Below are positions 38,335 through 47,932 of a DNA stretch of 64,000 nt, piece by piece. The number at the start of each line of letters is the position of its first letter. Position 1 is the first letter of the stretch. The position numbers and the translations under genes were made by a program. Source of the stretch: a virus (lineage: Duplodnaviria; Heunggongvirae; Uroviricota; Caudoviricetes); the IMG/VR virus record IMGVR_UViG_2721755660_000001; one strand, given 5' to 3'. Under the pieces are notes generated by a model. It was not told where the DNA came from, searched no databases, and worked only from the letters and a program-made list of their open reading frames with translations.

Positions 38335-40798
38335 GATATCAAATTTTCCAGGAACGCCTAAGCTGCGTTGCAGGGTGTCAAACGGCACCCTTTTTTATGA
38401 TTGGCTGGCGGCCAATGATGGTAACTTTCACCGCGATCTGCTGATCGTCCGCAACGGCGTAAAGCTGGGCGAAGATGATGAGCTGGCGTTTGAGCTATGC
38501 GAACTGGACACCATCCAGATTTTCGACCAGCCAAAGGGCATTATTGGCGACATTCTCAGCCCTATTTTCAAAGTTGTCGGCGCGGTCTTCTCGTTCCTTG
38601 CTCCCAAGCCGGCGATCGCCAACACAGGCGGCAACACGATTGACTCGCCAAACAATAGCCTGACCGGTCAGACGAATACGGCGCGCGTCTACAAAGCAAA
38701 GCCGGACATCTACGGGCAAATCCGTTCGTTCCCGGACCTGATTCAGGAATCACTGTTCGAATACGTGCGCCAGAGCGACACGGATGGCGGCCTGAAGTAC
38801 GTTACTGAGTGGATGTGCATCGGGATCGGCAAATATGATTACGAGTCTGTGCGTTATTCAGAGTCCAGCCTTGGAAGTATGGCCGGAGCAGAGTTCCAGT
38901 TTTACCAGCCGGGGGAAGTGATACCCACCATCAACGAAGGGTACGGTTTCGACGACGTGGACGGCCAGGAGGTGCCCGGGCAAAACGAATCGGACAATTT
39001 CCCGATCGAGACTGCTACGGCCACCACGGTTGTTAGCGGCACATACTCCGGCGGGCAGATTGCGGTAAAAATTATCAAGCAGGCTGAGTTTGATTACTTC
39101 ATGGGTCTGGTCCTGCCGCACGCCGTTACTTTTACGATTAACGTCACCTACAGCACGCCAACCGGCAACGTAACGCAGGATGTCGATTTCTCCGGCACGC
39201 TGATATCGGCTGTCGAAACAAACGACGGCGCGGTGGTTAACCCGGTCCGGTGGTACACATTCACGATGGGGGATCTAATTGGCCCTCCTGACGTGCCGGC
39301 AACGGCGACTATTAACACGACGAAGTTCATCCTTAACGATAACGAAGCGCTAGTGGTAGGCCCGTTCTTCTCGCCGGTCGAATCTGCCCAGTTATGGCTG
39401 CACACTCAGGTGCAGCTGGGCGGCAAAAAGTCCGCTGACTGGAAGGTCACAATCTGGAAAATTGACGATGACTACAACCAGGTGCCGGGTACTCAGCAGA
39501 CGTTCACGTATCACCAGGGGACGCCGCACAAATCATCCAGCGAAGTGTTTTATCGCACTGACAAGCTGACGCCGACCGGCGGTTTCGGCAAGTACGCTAT
39601 TAACTTCCAGCGCACAGATAACTCGAGTGATGCCTCTATCCTGAAGGTTGAGGAGATCCACTCGGTCAACGTCAGAACCAACGTCGTGCATCCAACCGAT
39701 ACGCTGGTGCGCGTGAAGGTAAGAGCGACAGAGAACGCGCTGGGCAGTCGTGATCGCAAATACAACGCCCTGGTGACGCGCCAAACCATCAGTTACAACC
39801 TGACGACGCAGGCGGTGGATTACACCCTTAGGGCCTCGCGCTCGTTCGCTGATGCAGTGGCGCATACCTGGCTGATTATGGGCGAGCAGCCGGTAAGTAG
39901 CATTGACCTGTACGGACTGTACTCGATTGCCGAAAGTCTGCCGGATGAGCGCCTGGGTTACTTCGACTACACGTTTGACGACGAGAACGATTCTCTCGGC
40001 GACCGCGTGCAGGCGATCTGCAATGCAGCGTCAGTCATTGCGTACTGGGATGACGGCGTGCTGACTTTTACTCGCGATCAGAAGGTTGATTACCCGGCTG
40101 CCGTATTCAACCGGGCCAACATGAAGACGGACGAGTACAAAATGACGTACGAGGCCACTCTTCCTGGCGGCTACGACGGCGTGCAGGTGTCCTACGTTCA
40201 TCCAACCACGAACAACAAGACGTACATCAACTACCGCGTGCTGAACGGCGCTATCGTCGAGCAGGAAGCGGAGAACCCGAACATAATCGAGATAGTCGGA
40301 TTTCGTAACGAGTATCAGGCGCGGGAACGCGCACTGCGCGAAACGAAGCGCCTTATCTACTCCCGGGTGAAGATGAACGCCAAAGTATTTGAGGACGGGA
40401 TCATGCAGGTCGGTAGCGTCGTGCAGATTGCGGATATCTACGACAGTAACCAGCAGCAGGGATACATCACCGGCCGCGCCGGGAATAACTTTGATACAAG
40501 CGAGCCGATCGCGTTTACCGGCTCGATGTATGTCCTGGTGACCGACAGCCTGGGCAACCCGACTCTGCGCTATCCGGCGACGACACGCGCCGACACTAAG
40601 TACGGATTCACCGCGGCAATACCCGACATTCAACTCAATATCTGGAACGGAGACACTGTACAGCTCCCGTCGCGCTACCTCATAGCAACGGTGGAGGAGC
40701 TGAACAGCCAGCTATGGACGGTCAACAGCATCAAGCCGAACACAGATAACACGGTATCTCTGACCGTCGCGGAATATAGCGACGCCATCTACCCATAA
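38321..40798 (+). CDS. Tail tip / host-specificity protein (J-like)
   Basis: ~825 aa following the NlpC/P60 gene, the usual position of the central tail fibre protein. Confidence 0.65.
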   Translation: MALVEISNFPGTPKLRCRVSNGTLFYDWLAANDGNFHRDLLIVRNGVKLGEDDELAFELCELDTIQIFDQPKGIIGDILSPIFKVVGAVFSFLAPKPAIANTGGNTIDSPNNSLTGQTNTARVYKAKPDIYGQIRSFPDLIQESLFEYVRQSDTDGGLKYVTEWMCIGIGKYDYESVRYSESSLGSMAGAEFQFYQPGEVIPTINEGYGFDDVDGQEVPGQNESDNFPIETATATTVVSGTYSGGQIAVKIIKQAEFDYFMGLVLPHAVTFTINVTYSTPTGNVTQDVDFSGTLISAVETNDGAVVNPVRWYTFTMGDLIGPPDVPATATINTTKFILNDNEALVVGPFFSPVESAQLWLHTQVQLGGKKSADWKVTIWKIDDDYNQVPGTQQTFTYHQGTPHKSSSEVFYRTDKLTPTGGFGKYAINFQRTDNSSDASILKVEEIHSVNVRTNVVHPTDTLVRVKVRATENALGSRDRKYNALVTRQTISYNLTTQAVDYTLRASRSFADAVAHTWLIMGEQPVSSIDLYGLYSIAESLPDERLGYFDYTFDDENDSLGDRVQAICNAASVIAYWDDGVLTFTRDQKVDYPAAVFNRANMKTDEYKMTYEATLPGGYDGVQVSYVHPTTNNKTYINYRVLNGAIVEQEAENPNIIEIVGFRNEYQARERALRETKRLIYSRVKMNAKVFEDGIMQVGSVVQIADIYDSNQQQGYITGRAGNNFDTSEPIAFTGSMYVLVTDSLGNPTLRYPATTRADTKYGFTAAIPDIQLNIWNGDTVQLPSRYLIATVEELNSQLWTVNSIKPNTDNTVSLTVAEYSDAIYP

Positions 40799-40819
40799 GA
40801 CCCATCCTGACCAACATAA

Positions 40820-40844
40820 CCCGGCCAATGAGCCGGGTTTTTTA
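40820..40844 (+). terminator. Intrinsic terminator
   Basis: CCCGGC-CAATGA-GCCGGG hairpin followed by TTTTTTA. Confidence 0.45.
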
Positions 40845-40854
40845 TGGAATAAAT

Positions 40855-42852
40855 ATGGCTACTACACCTACCAATCAGCCCGTACCGAGCGAGTCCCCTA
40901 GCGACCTTAAATTCAACGCAGGGAAGATTGACCAATTCGTTACCTCAATGGCTCTTCAGTACATTGATCGTCTTGGGGTATCTCATTACACCATTGAGGG
41001 GCTGAAGGAGCTTGTTCTTCAGCAGATCTACAATCTTGGTTGGAATCTGGCAGGAACATTCCAGGACGGAGCTATCGTTACGGCAGCTGGTGACCTTCTA
41101 CAGGATGAAACGACGGGTGTATGGTATCGGTGGGACGATCTCAGCACATTGCCGAAAACTGTGCCAGCAGGGTCAACTCCAGAATCGTCAGGTGGTACTG
41201 GCGAAGGAAAGTGGCAGCCTGTTGATGTTACTGACGTGCTGCGTAAAGACCTGGCAAAAACTACTGGAGCGGGGCTGTCAGGATTCTCCCCTAGCGAGAC
41301 ATATCCAGACAATACCGTAGGTGCTGCATTAGTGCATACCGACTGGTTCAGCTACATTCAGCGCAATCTCTTGGCAGAAAAGCTGAAAAAATTAAGAGAT
41401 GGGACTCTTTTCACCCTCACTTGGTATGGCGACTCCAACTCTGTACGAGAGAACGAAAACGTGCAGGCCCAGTTCAGGGTCGCGATGAATAGCGCATATG
41501 GGACAGGGAAAGTAACCACCATCAGCCGAGCTACGTCCGGATTCAGTGCGAAAGACGCCTTCGATACATATACCACTAACCACTCGGGTGATGTTTCTCT
41601 GATTAACTTCGGCACAAATGACGCTTCGTCGCAGTACGGGTATCCATTTACCGGGAACATTGCGCAGTACTTGGGCTGGATTGAAAAACTGATAGTCAGA
41701 GAGCTGACATGGGGTCACCCAGTGGTGTTGTTGACCCCGCTGCCTCTGCGCTTCGATAAGGCTTACGAGACTTACACCACATCGAGCCCAAGCGATCCAT
41801 TCCCGACAGTAAAGCGTGTCGATGCCCAGCAGATGGGTAACGCGCTGAAATATCTAGCAGACAAATATTCGGTGCCTGTTATTGATAGCGTCGAGCTAAT
41901 GGCGGGTTATCGAGACAACATTTATGCATCTACCACTCAGTCTATCAACGTAGGTACTCAGTTTGGTGATCCTGTTCACTTGGTTCTAAATGCTTCTTCG
42001 GCATGGGGATTCAAGATTGCCGCGGCCTTCATCGGTGAATTGGTCATGCGTAAGACAGTTGTATCTGACGGCTCTCAGCTAACCATCAGAAAGCTATATG
42101 ACCCGGTTGCAATTAACTCGTCACGGTTAGCAAGTGATATCTACAAATACTATGCGAACTCAGCAGAGGCCGCATTTGCTTATGGGGATAACATTGTTGG
42201 CAACAGATGCCTGAACCTAACCGCAGGAGAAAGGGTTACCTGGTCATTCTTCACCGAGACAGATGAATTGATAGCGTGGCCGGTGCTCTATGTACCATCA
42301 GGTTCTGTAGTGAACGTATATCTTGATGGTGACAATATTAGACCCCCTAAGCCACTTGATATGAACCGCGACCTCGCAGCCGCTAATGAAACACCGTTAA
42401 TAGTTATCAACTTTGGTTTCAATACGGTAAACCAGCCAATCGGCTATCTTAAGCCAACCACTAAGACTGAGATCAATAACTACCTCCGCGTAAACTCTCG
42501 CGGGTGGCACACAATTACCGTTAACGTGTCATCTGGAGCGGCCTACTGCTCTGGGATAGAGTTCTGGAGCCAGTCACGGATGACTGCTGAGCAAAATAAA
42601 AAGGATGCAGGTGATATCTACGACTGGACTACTGGGGATATCCACGGTGCCAGGAGAGGAGTTTCATATTATGCCTTCCCCGCGTCAACAGGTAAGCCTA
42701 GCGGCATAACCGCTGGTATCTTTGATATCAAAGAAAAGGCAAGCGACGCATCGATAGGGATTATTCGATTTTATGAGGCAGCCCCAACTCCGGGAAGAGT
42801 GTGGACGCAGTTGAAAACGAGTGGGGTGTGGGGAGCCTGGGTCCAGGCATAA
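40855..42852 (+). CDS. Tailspike/tail fibre with SGNH (GDSL) hydrolase domain, putative receptor O-acetyl esterase
   Basis: N-terminal tail-fibre-like region then GDSL block (TLTWYGDSNS); last structural gene before the conversion operon. Confidence 0.7.
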   Translation: MATTPTNQPVPSESPSDLKFNAGKIDQFVTSMALQYIDRLGVSHYTIEGLKELVLQQIYNLGWNLAGTFQDGAIVTAAGDLLQDETTGVWYRWDDLSTLPKTVPAGSTPESSGGTGEGKWQPVDVTDVLRKDLAKTTGAGLSGFSPSETYPDNTVGAALVHTDWFSYIQRNLLAEKLKKLRDGTLFTLTWYGDSNSVRENENVQAQFRVAMNSAYGTGKVTTISRATSGFSAKDAFDTYTTNHSGDVSLINFGTNDASSQYGYPFTGNIAQYLGWIEKLIVRELTWGHPVVLLTPLPLRFDKAYETYTTSSPSDPFPTVKRVDAQQMGNALKYLADKYSVPVIDSVELMAGYRDNIYASTTQSINVGTQFGDPVHLVLNASSAWGFKIAAAFIGELVMRKTVVSDGSQLTIRKLYDPVAINSSRLASDIYKYYANSAEAAFAYGDNIVGNRCLNLTAGERVTWSFFTETDELIAWPVLYVPSGSVVNVYLDGDNIRPPKPLDMNRDLAAANETPLIVINFGFNTVNQPIGYLKPTTKTEINNYLRVNSRGWHTITVNVSSGAAYCSGIEFWSQSRMTAEQNKKDAGDIYDWTTGDIHGARRGVSYYAFPASTGKPSGITAGIFDIKEKASDASIGIIRFYEAAPTPGRVWTQLKTSGVWGAWVQA

Positions 42853-42859
42853 TGGAAGA

Positions 42860-42888
42860 GGGGCGTAGTCACGCCCCTTTGCTTTTCC
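42860..42888. terminator. Intrinsic terminator between convergent tailspike and AT3 genes
   Basis: GGGGCGT-AGTC-ACGCCCC hairpin followed by TTTGCTTTT. Confidence 0.45.
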
Positions 42889-43001
42889 CCAATAACAAAA
42901 CAGATGCCAAGCTGTTTTTGCTTATGGCGATACCTATGATTGTTGATGTCACGATGATGATCAGAGCCGCGAGAGGTGTGAAAACAAGACTGTAAACAAT
43001 T

Positions 43002-43871
43002 TCATTCAGCCCCAGATCTATGACTCTGTTTTTGTTGACCCAGAAAAACAAAAACGTCTGAGTTATATATAACAAGCGTGTGCCTGCCAATGAAGGAGAA
43101 GATTGCTGTCAGGTGTTTAGCTTTGATTAAAATCCTGGCTGCCATCATAACCACTGCGCACCCAGCAAAGCCGCCTGCATATCTGTATATGTTGTTGAAA
43201 GCTTGCTGCCATTCACCTCCCTTAGGAAGGGTCATCCCTGTTATGTATATGTAGTAACTCTTGCTCCAGAAAATGATCAACAGCACCCATGACATGAATG
43301 TCAATGCTATGGCAGTGACACCAATAGAGCAAGCATAGTGCTTAATTCTTGGGAGCATCATGCCAAATGCAAAGTATGGAGCTAGGTACTTTATCATTTT
43401 CATGTTGTTGTCATCCGGCAGCAGCAATAAAAGTAAGCAGATAGCCACTGTGGAGGGCAAGAAGTAATTTACTGAAAGAGGATGTGAAACAAGGAAAATA
43501 ATGGAGATGACACAAAGAGTGCCTATAAACCATAGTCCAAAGATAAGCTGGTACGAAATATCTGCTGTTGTCACGCTGCCATTTAAAATTAGGCCAAGCA
43601 TTATGCTCCAACTGATAACAGGAACTATCAGTTGGTAGAGCTTGCTCATTATGGCGTCGGGGAGGTTTTTCTTGCCAAGAGACAGGCCGAACAGATATCC
43701 ACTTATGCCCATAAACAAAGGCATATGGAAGCTGTAAATAGCCGTAAAAATGTAGTTCCCAAAGAAATCATATCTGTCCGAAGTAAGAAATTGAATGCAG
43801 TGGCCCCACACAACTAGGAAAATTGCCACTCCCTTAAGAAGATCCACCTCTTTCAGCCTGGTCGCGCTCAT
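43002..43871 (-). CDS. Acyltransferase family 3 (AT3) membrane protein, possibly C-terminally frameshifted
   Basis: N-terminus LKGVAIFLVVWGHC typical of AT3 O-acetyltransferases; 289 aa; a hydrophobic continuation lies in another frame (42869..43090). Confidence 0.6.
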   Translation of the reverse strand: MSATRLKEVDLLKGVAIFLVVWGHCIQFLTSDRYDFFGNYIFTAIYSFHMPLFMGISGYLFGLSLGKKNLPDAIMSKLYQLIVPVISWSIMLGLILNGSVTTADISYQLIFGLWFIGTLCVISIIFLVSHPLSVNYFLPSTVAICLLLLLLPDDNNMKMIKYLAPYFAFGMMLPRIKHYACSIGVTAIALTFMSWVLLIIFWSKSYYIYITGMTLPKGGEWQQAFNNIYRYAGGFAGCAVVMMAARILIKAKHLTAIFSFIGRHTLVIYNSDVFVFLGQQKQSHRSGAE

Positions 43872-44899
43872 CAGAATACACCCATACTCAATATCGAGTC
43901 GGGGATCAATCTATCCCTTTCTGGCGATTGGCCTGGCAGATAAGTTCCCGGGGCATACTTGACTTCCTCCATGTTGAAAATGCTATGGAGGTACTGCCTT
44001 GCGATGATAAACCTACCGATGTTTGTCATGTGCAGGTTGTCCCTGTAAAGCTCCCCGGCCCCTGAGAAACCATCAATTTTCCCCGCCTTCGCTAGTCTGT
44101 CAAACCTCTCAAGCAAATCACCCTCAGAGATTAGGCCTGAAACATTAACTCCATCTTTGGCAAGTTGCATCTGAAGATACTCCTGAAATACCTTCCCGTT
44201 ATTTACCAGCTTTCCGTTCTCCTCAACGCTTCCATTCCATATAGTCGTGTAGTCCATAGCATCCAGATCACTGGAGTCATTTCTCGACCAGGTGTAGTAG
44301 ATGTAGATTGCTGCATCTTTGCTTTTGCTATTTCGAATCTCTTTGATGAGGGATTCAACAGCACTCACTTCATCAGTAACTTCCCCGTGCATAAAAGGCT
44401 GTATGGTAATGGCATCAAATGCAACATTGTTAATTGCATCCCTATATCTCATTTTCTTAGGGTCTACGCATGTGACCTCTGGGCTTGAAATAATGTTTTC
44501 AATATTGTGATTGCAGTAAATATGCCATTCATTATCTATTGTAACGCCATTGAACTTTGCCAGCTTCACAAGATCATTTGATGGCTTTAAATCCCATGTA
44601 TGGCTATTCCCAATACTCAGCAATTTAAATGGTTTCACGGTTAAATTAATAGTGAGGGTATTTTTACTTTTATCTGTTAAGACAATGGTGGACTTTCCTG
44701 GGTTTTTGGCTGTTATCTTCCCATTATTAATGGAGGCCACATTAGTGTCAGAAATTGTGTAATCCGCAACTCTGAATTCAACACTGCGCTCATTGCCAGA
44801 GCTAATAACGATGTTTTTGTTAATGTGCGTGGGGTTGTCGCACGCAGTTATGAATAGCGCGGAAAATGAAGCCATTACCAATGTCCTGAAATTATACAT
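43871..44899 (-). CDS. SGNH/GDSL-hydrolase-like lipoprotein with Ig-like N-terminal domain
   Basis: Lipobox (FITAC), Big_2-like segment, then GDSL-like block (LLSIGNSHTWD); stop overlaps the downstream AT3 start. Confidence 0.6.
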   Translation of the reverse strand: MYNFRTLVMASFSALFITACDNPTHINKNIVISSGNERSVEFRVADYTISDTNVASINNGKITAKNPGKSTIVLTDKSKNTLTINLTVKPFKLLSIGNSHTWDLKPSNDLVKLAKFNGVTIDNEWHIYCNHNIENIISSPEVTCVDPKKMRYRDAINNVAFDAITIQPFMHGEVTDEVSAVESLIKEIRNSKSKDAAIYIYYTWSRNDSSDLDAMDYTTIWNGSVEENGKLVNNGKVFQEYLQMQLAKDGVNVSGLISEGDLLERFDRLAKAGKIDGFSGAGELYRDNLHMTNIGRFIIARQYLHSIFNMEEVKYAPGTYLPGQSPERDRLIPDSILSMGVF

Positions 44900-45956
44900 T
44901 TTTGAACTTGCCAACTTTAAACTCACCTTTAAATAATCTAACAACATGGTTAACCACCATTTTGTCAATAACGATTGCCGCAAATAAAGATATTGCAAAT
45001 ATTATGATTACATAGAGCATGGTTTTGATTGCCAGGTAATCAACCACGGCAGGAATGCCAAGGTAGTAAGAAACCTTTTCTCGCACAGCGATGTGTATTA
45101 AGTAGACTCCGTATGTAAAAGGAGCAAGGAAAAGAATAATCTTCGAAGCAGGCTTGTCATTATCGAAATGAGTGCCGGTGACTATTAAAGTCAACATACT
45201 AGAGAAGAAGAACATGCTGACGCTAAAATCATAGGGCTTGGTATCAAACCCAAGGCTGTTGACGCTTAGCCATGTGAATGTGACTTGCATTGCAAGCGAG
45301 GCCGCAAACAACTTCCACGTGGTTGATCTCTTGATTTTAACGCGCTGAAGAAGCCCTCCCGCGATGAAGTAGCCTAGCCAAAGATAAATCTGAGGTATTG
45401 GGATAATGTTATGATACCCCGTTATTACTTTCCCCAGTTGATGCTCATACTGAGGCCAACAACAAATGACAGCTATAAATATTAAGCTATGGGCAGTTTT
45501 ATCCAATGGAATTGCATCAGTTATTACTTTAATGGCAGGGTAAACAATGTAAATGCCAAGCAGAGAATAAACAAACCATAAGTGAACAGATATGCCTGTT
45601 GGTGATTTGTATAGCAACTCGAAAAATCCACCTATTCCTTTATTGTAGAACGCATCATTATGCTGGAAATAATAGTTTATGAAAGCGTAAATGAAGAATG
45701 GAACAAGCAATGTTGCAAGTCTTTTTCTATAACCAGACCAAAGATTTTCCGTTTTACGGTTAAGCAGGAAATATCCGCTCATTATAAAGAATATAGGAAG
45801 TCCGGCTCTGACGATCGCTTGAGTAAACATCGATTGATAGACAATTAGATCAGACTGTCCGGTTTTAACCATCGTCGCATAGTCCGGGGTAACATGAATT
45901 GCTATCACTAACAGGCAGCAAATTATCCGTAAAAAATCTGCAGATACATTTCTCAT
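44892..45956 (-). CDS. Acyltransferase family 3 (AT3) membrane protein
   Basis: ~354 aa polytopic protein with AT3-like N-terminus; first gene of the AT-rich minus-strand operon. Confidence 0.65.
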   Translation of the reverse strand: MRNVSADFLRIICCLLVIAIHVTPDYATMVKTGQSDLIVYQSMFTQAIVRAGLPIFFIMSGYFLLNRKTENLWSGYRKRLATLLVPFFIYAFINYYFQHNDAFYNKGIGGFFELLYKSPTGISVHLWFVYSLLGIYIVYPAIKVITDAIPLDKTAHSLIFIAVICCWPQYEHQLGKVITGYHNIIPIPQIYLWLGYFIAGGLLQRVKIKRSTTWKLFAASLAMQVTFTWLSVNSLGFDTKPYDFSVSMFFFSSMLTLIVTGTHFDNDKPASKIILFLAPFTYGVYLIHIAVREKVSYYLGIPAVVDYLAIKTMLYVIIIFAISLFAAIVIDKMVVNHVVRLFKGEFKVGKFKNV

Positions 45957-46090
45957 GGGGATTCCATAAAATTTTTTCCTACATGATAGAGCAACCAACC
46001 CCGGTTGTGAATGGCATGAGAAATTCCATAAGCATCAGTCATAAGCATTGAGGCAGTGATCACTACTTGATCAGCAATGCCGCAATGAAC

Positions 46091-46110
46091 TACTGTATGC
46101 ATATACAGTA
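46091..46110. promoter_or_regulatory. LexA (SOS) box TACTGTATGCATATACAGTA
   Basis: Perfect CTGT-N8-ACAG palindrome matching the E. coli LexA consensus, upstream of the UmuD'-like gene. Confidence 0.65.
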
Positions 46111-46127
46111 ATCACGGAGTGCATATC

Positions 46128-46517
46128 ATGGGCTTTCCATCACCGGCGGCAGACTTCACAGAAAGGCGCATATCGCTCGATGCGATGCTCGTAAGCCATC
46201 CATCAGCTACGTACTACATGCGCGCAGCAGACACTCACTATCGCGCTGGTATCATGTCTGGTGCGCTTCTTCTCATCGACTCGGTATTGAAGCCATGCGA
46301 TGGTTCGCTTCTTGTTTGTGCTACTGAGGGGGAATTCAGGATAAAGCGGTACCGGACTCATCCGCGACCACACCTGGAGAATCTTGCTGATGGGAGATGG
46401 GAGGAGTTGCCGATAGACAGGGAGAACACGTCGGATGCGCTGGCGGTGTTTGGGGTGATCAAGTACATCATCAATGATGCGCGATCGGGGGAGTTTGACG
46501 ACTGCCCGGTGATGTAG
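46128..46517 (+). CDS. UmuD'-like S24-fold protein (begins at the equivalent of the UmuD cleavage site)
   Basis: Aligns to UmuD from GFPSPAADY onward; the SGDSM catalytic Ser motif is replaced (AADTH); GGAG RBS. Confidence 0.6.
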   Translation: MGFPSPAADFTERRISLDAMLVSHPSATYYMRAADTHYRAGIMSGALLLIDSVLKPCDGSLLVCATEGEFRIKRYRTHPRPHLENLADGRWEELPIDRENTSDALAVFGVIKYIINDARSGEFDDCPVM

Positions 46518-46523
46518 CTGGAA

Positions 46524-47693
46524 CTACTCCACCTTTTCATCAAGCCAGTCTGCCCACCACTGCATCATCTCACGACGGGTATCGAGATAGGCGGCATGGT
46601 TGTATACCGATCTGGTGCCGCCGCTAACGTGTGCCAGCTGCATTTCGATAGCATCACTGTTCCAGTGCTTCTCATTGAGCACGGTACTGAACTGATGTCG
46701 GAATCCGTGGCCGCTGGTCTGCCCTTCATAGCCAATGTTGCGGATCAGCCCAAGTACTGAGTTCTCGCTGATTGGCTTCTTTCTGTCATTTCGGCCGGGG
46801 AAACAAAGGTCGTACTGACCGGTGACATGCTTCAGAAACTTAAATAGCTCCTCAACCTGCCCGGACATCGGCACGACGTGCATCTTGCGGCCCTTCATCA
46901 CTGATGGATCAACGCTGATTAGCCTGTTTTCAAAGTCGATTCCTGACCATGCCAGCGAGCGGAGTTCGACTGTGCGCATGGCTGTATAGTGCAGCACCTG
47001 CGCCGCTATCTTAATAACAATCCAGCCGCCATAGGCATTCATTGCCCGCTGGAACTCGTGTATGCGGTGCAGGGGAAGGAAAGGGTAGTTCTCTTTCCGG
47101 TAGCCACGCATAGCGCCAGCAAGGTCTCTTGATGGGTTGTACTTAGCCCTGCCAGTTACGATCGCATAACTGAATACTTCACCACACCTACGCCTCGCCT
47201 TATCAGCGCGTTCCATTGCGCCCCTGTCTTCGAAAAGCCTGATCACCTTCAGCAGAACCATTGGTTCGACATCTTCCATCTTCAGGTGCCCAATAACTGG
47301 CAATATGTCATCCGTGAACATGCTCATCATCTCGTCAGCATATCCCTTAGACCACACCTTTGATTTGTGCGCATGCCATTCACGGAAGATATCCCCAAAA
47401 GAATCGGCGCTCTCTTCTTTCTCTTTCTTCTTTATTGCCTTCTTCTGTTCAGCCGGGTCAATGCCGGTCAGCAATTTCATCTTCGCTTCAGCCTGCCGGG
47501 CCCGGGCTTCGGTAAGAGAAATTTCAGGATAGGGTCCGATAACTAGAGTCTTTTCTTTTCTATCAAAACGGTAGCGCAGGCGCCATACCTTTTTACCCGA
47601 CGGAGGGACAAAGAGGAAAAGACCTCCAGCATTAGCCAGGCGATATGATTTTTCCGCAGGCTTGGCTGCGTCGATCTGCTTTACCGTAAGCAT
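46524..47693 (-). CDS. intS: Tyrosine integrase, P4/IntS type
   Basis: N-terminal arm-binding region (KxxxLxxxGGLxLxVxPSGxKxWRxRYRF) and C-terminal catalytic domain; adjacent to argW; start set at the in-frame ATG (MLTVKQ). Confidence 0.9.
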   Translation of the reverse strand: MLTVKQIDAAKPAEKSYRLANAGGLFLFVPPSGKKVWRLRYRFDRKEKTLVIGPYPEISLTEARARQAEAKMKLLTGIDPAEQKKAIKKKEKEESADSFGDIFREWHAHKSKVWSKGYADEMMSMFTDDILPVIGHLKMEDVEPMVLLKVIRLFEDRGAMERADKARRRCGEVFSYAIVTGRAKYNPSRDLAGAMRGYRKENYPFLPLHRIHEFQRAMNAYGGWIVIKIAAQVLHYTAMRTVELRSLAWSGIDFENRLISVDPSVMKGRKMHVVPMSGQVEELFKFLKHVTGQYDLCFPGRNDRKKPISENSVLGLIRNIGYEGQTSGHGFRHQFSTVLNEKHWNSDAIEMQLAHVSGGTRSVYNHAAYLDTRREMMQWWADWLDEKVE

Positions 47694-47721
47694 GTGGGCA
47701 TAAATCCATGGGTATTTTTTG

Positions 47722-47836
47722 ATATGCCCGCAATATGCCCGCAAAAGTTTGGTGGAGTCAATACATGTCGGGTAACGTCAGGTAATTTGAAAATGGATGA
47801 TATTGTTGCTTTGATGGGGTTGTTGGTAACGTCAGG
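47722..47836. repeat. Direct repeats between integrase and att core (candidate arm-type binding sites)
   Basis: ATATGCCCGCA x2 (47722..47743) and GGTAACGTCAGG x2 (47770s and 47825..47836); a related GTGCCCGCAA motif lies near attR (~1770). Confidence 0.4.
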
Positions 47837-47857
47837 AAGTGTGAGGTAATGAGAATG

Positions 47858-47872
47858 TGGTGTCCCCTGCAG
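47858..47872. repeat. attL core (TGGTGTCCCCTGCAG) within the argW 3' end
   Basis: Exact match to 1690..1704. Confidence 0.8.
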
Positions 47873-47932
47873 GAATCGAACCTGCAATTAGCCCTTAGGA
47901 GGGGCTCGTTATATCCATTTAACTAAGAGGAC
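47858..47932 (-). tRNA. argW: tRNA-Arg (anticodon CCU)
   Basis: 75-nt minus-strand sequence GTCCTCTTAGTTAAATGG...GGTTCGATTCCTGCAGGGGACACCA with anticodon loop CCTCCTAAGG; recognised as E. coli argW. Confidence 0.9.

Larger units (their letters stand above)
1690..47872. mobile_element. Prophage 1: complete-looking lambdoid (KplE1/CPS-53-family) prophage integrated in the 3' end of argW
   Basis: Identical 15-bp direct repeats at both ends, integrase next to the tRNA, and a full set of phage modules (recombination, immunity, replication, nin, Q, lysis, packaging, head, tail) in between. Confidence 0.85.
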
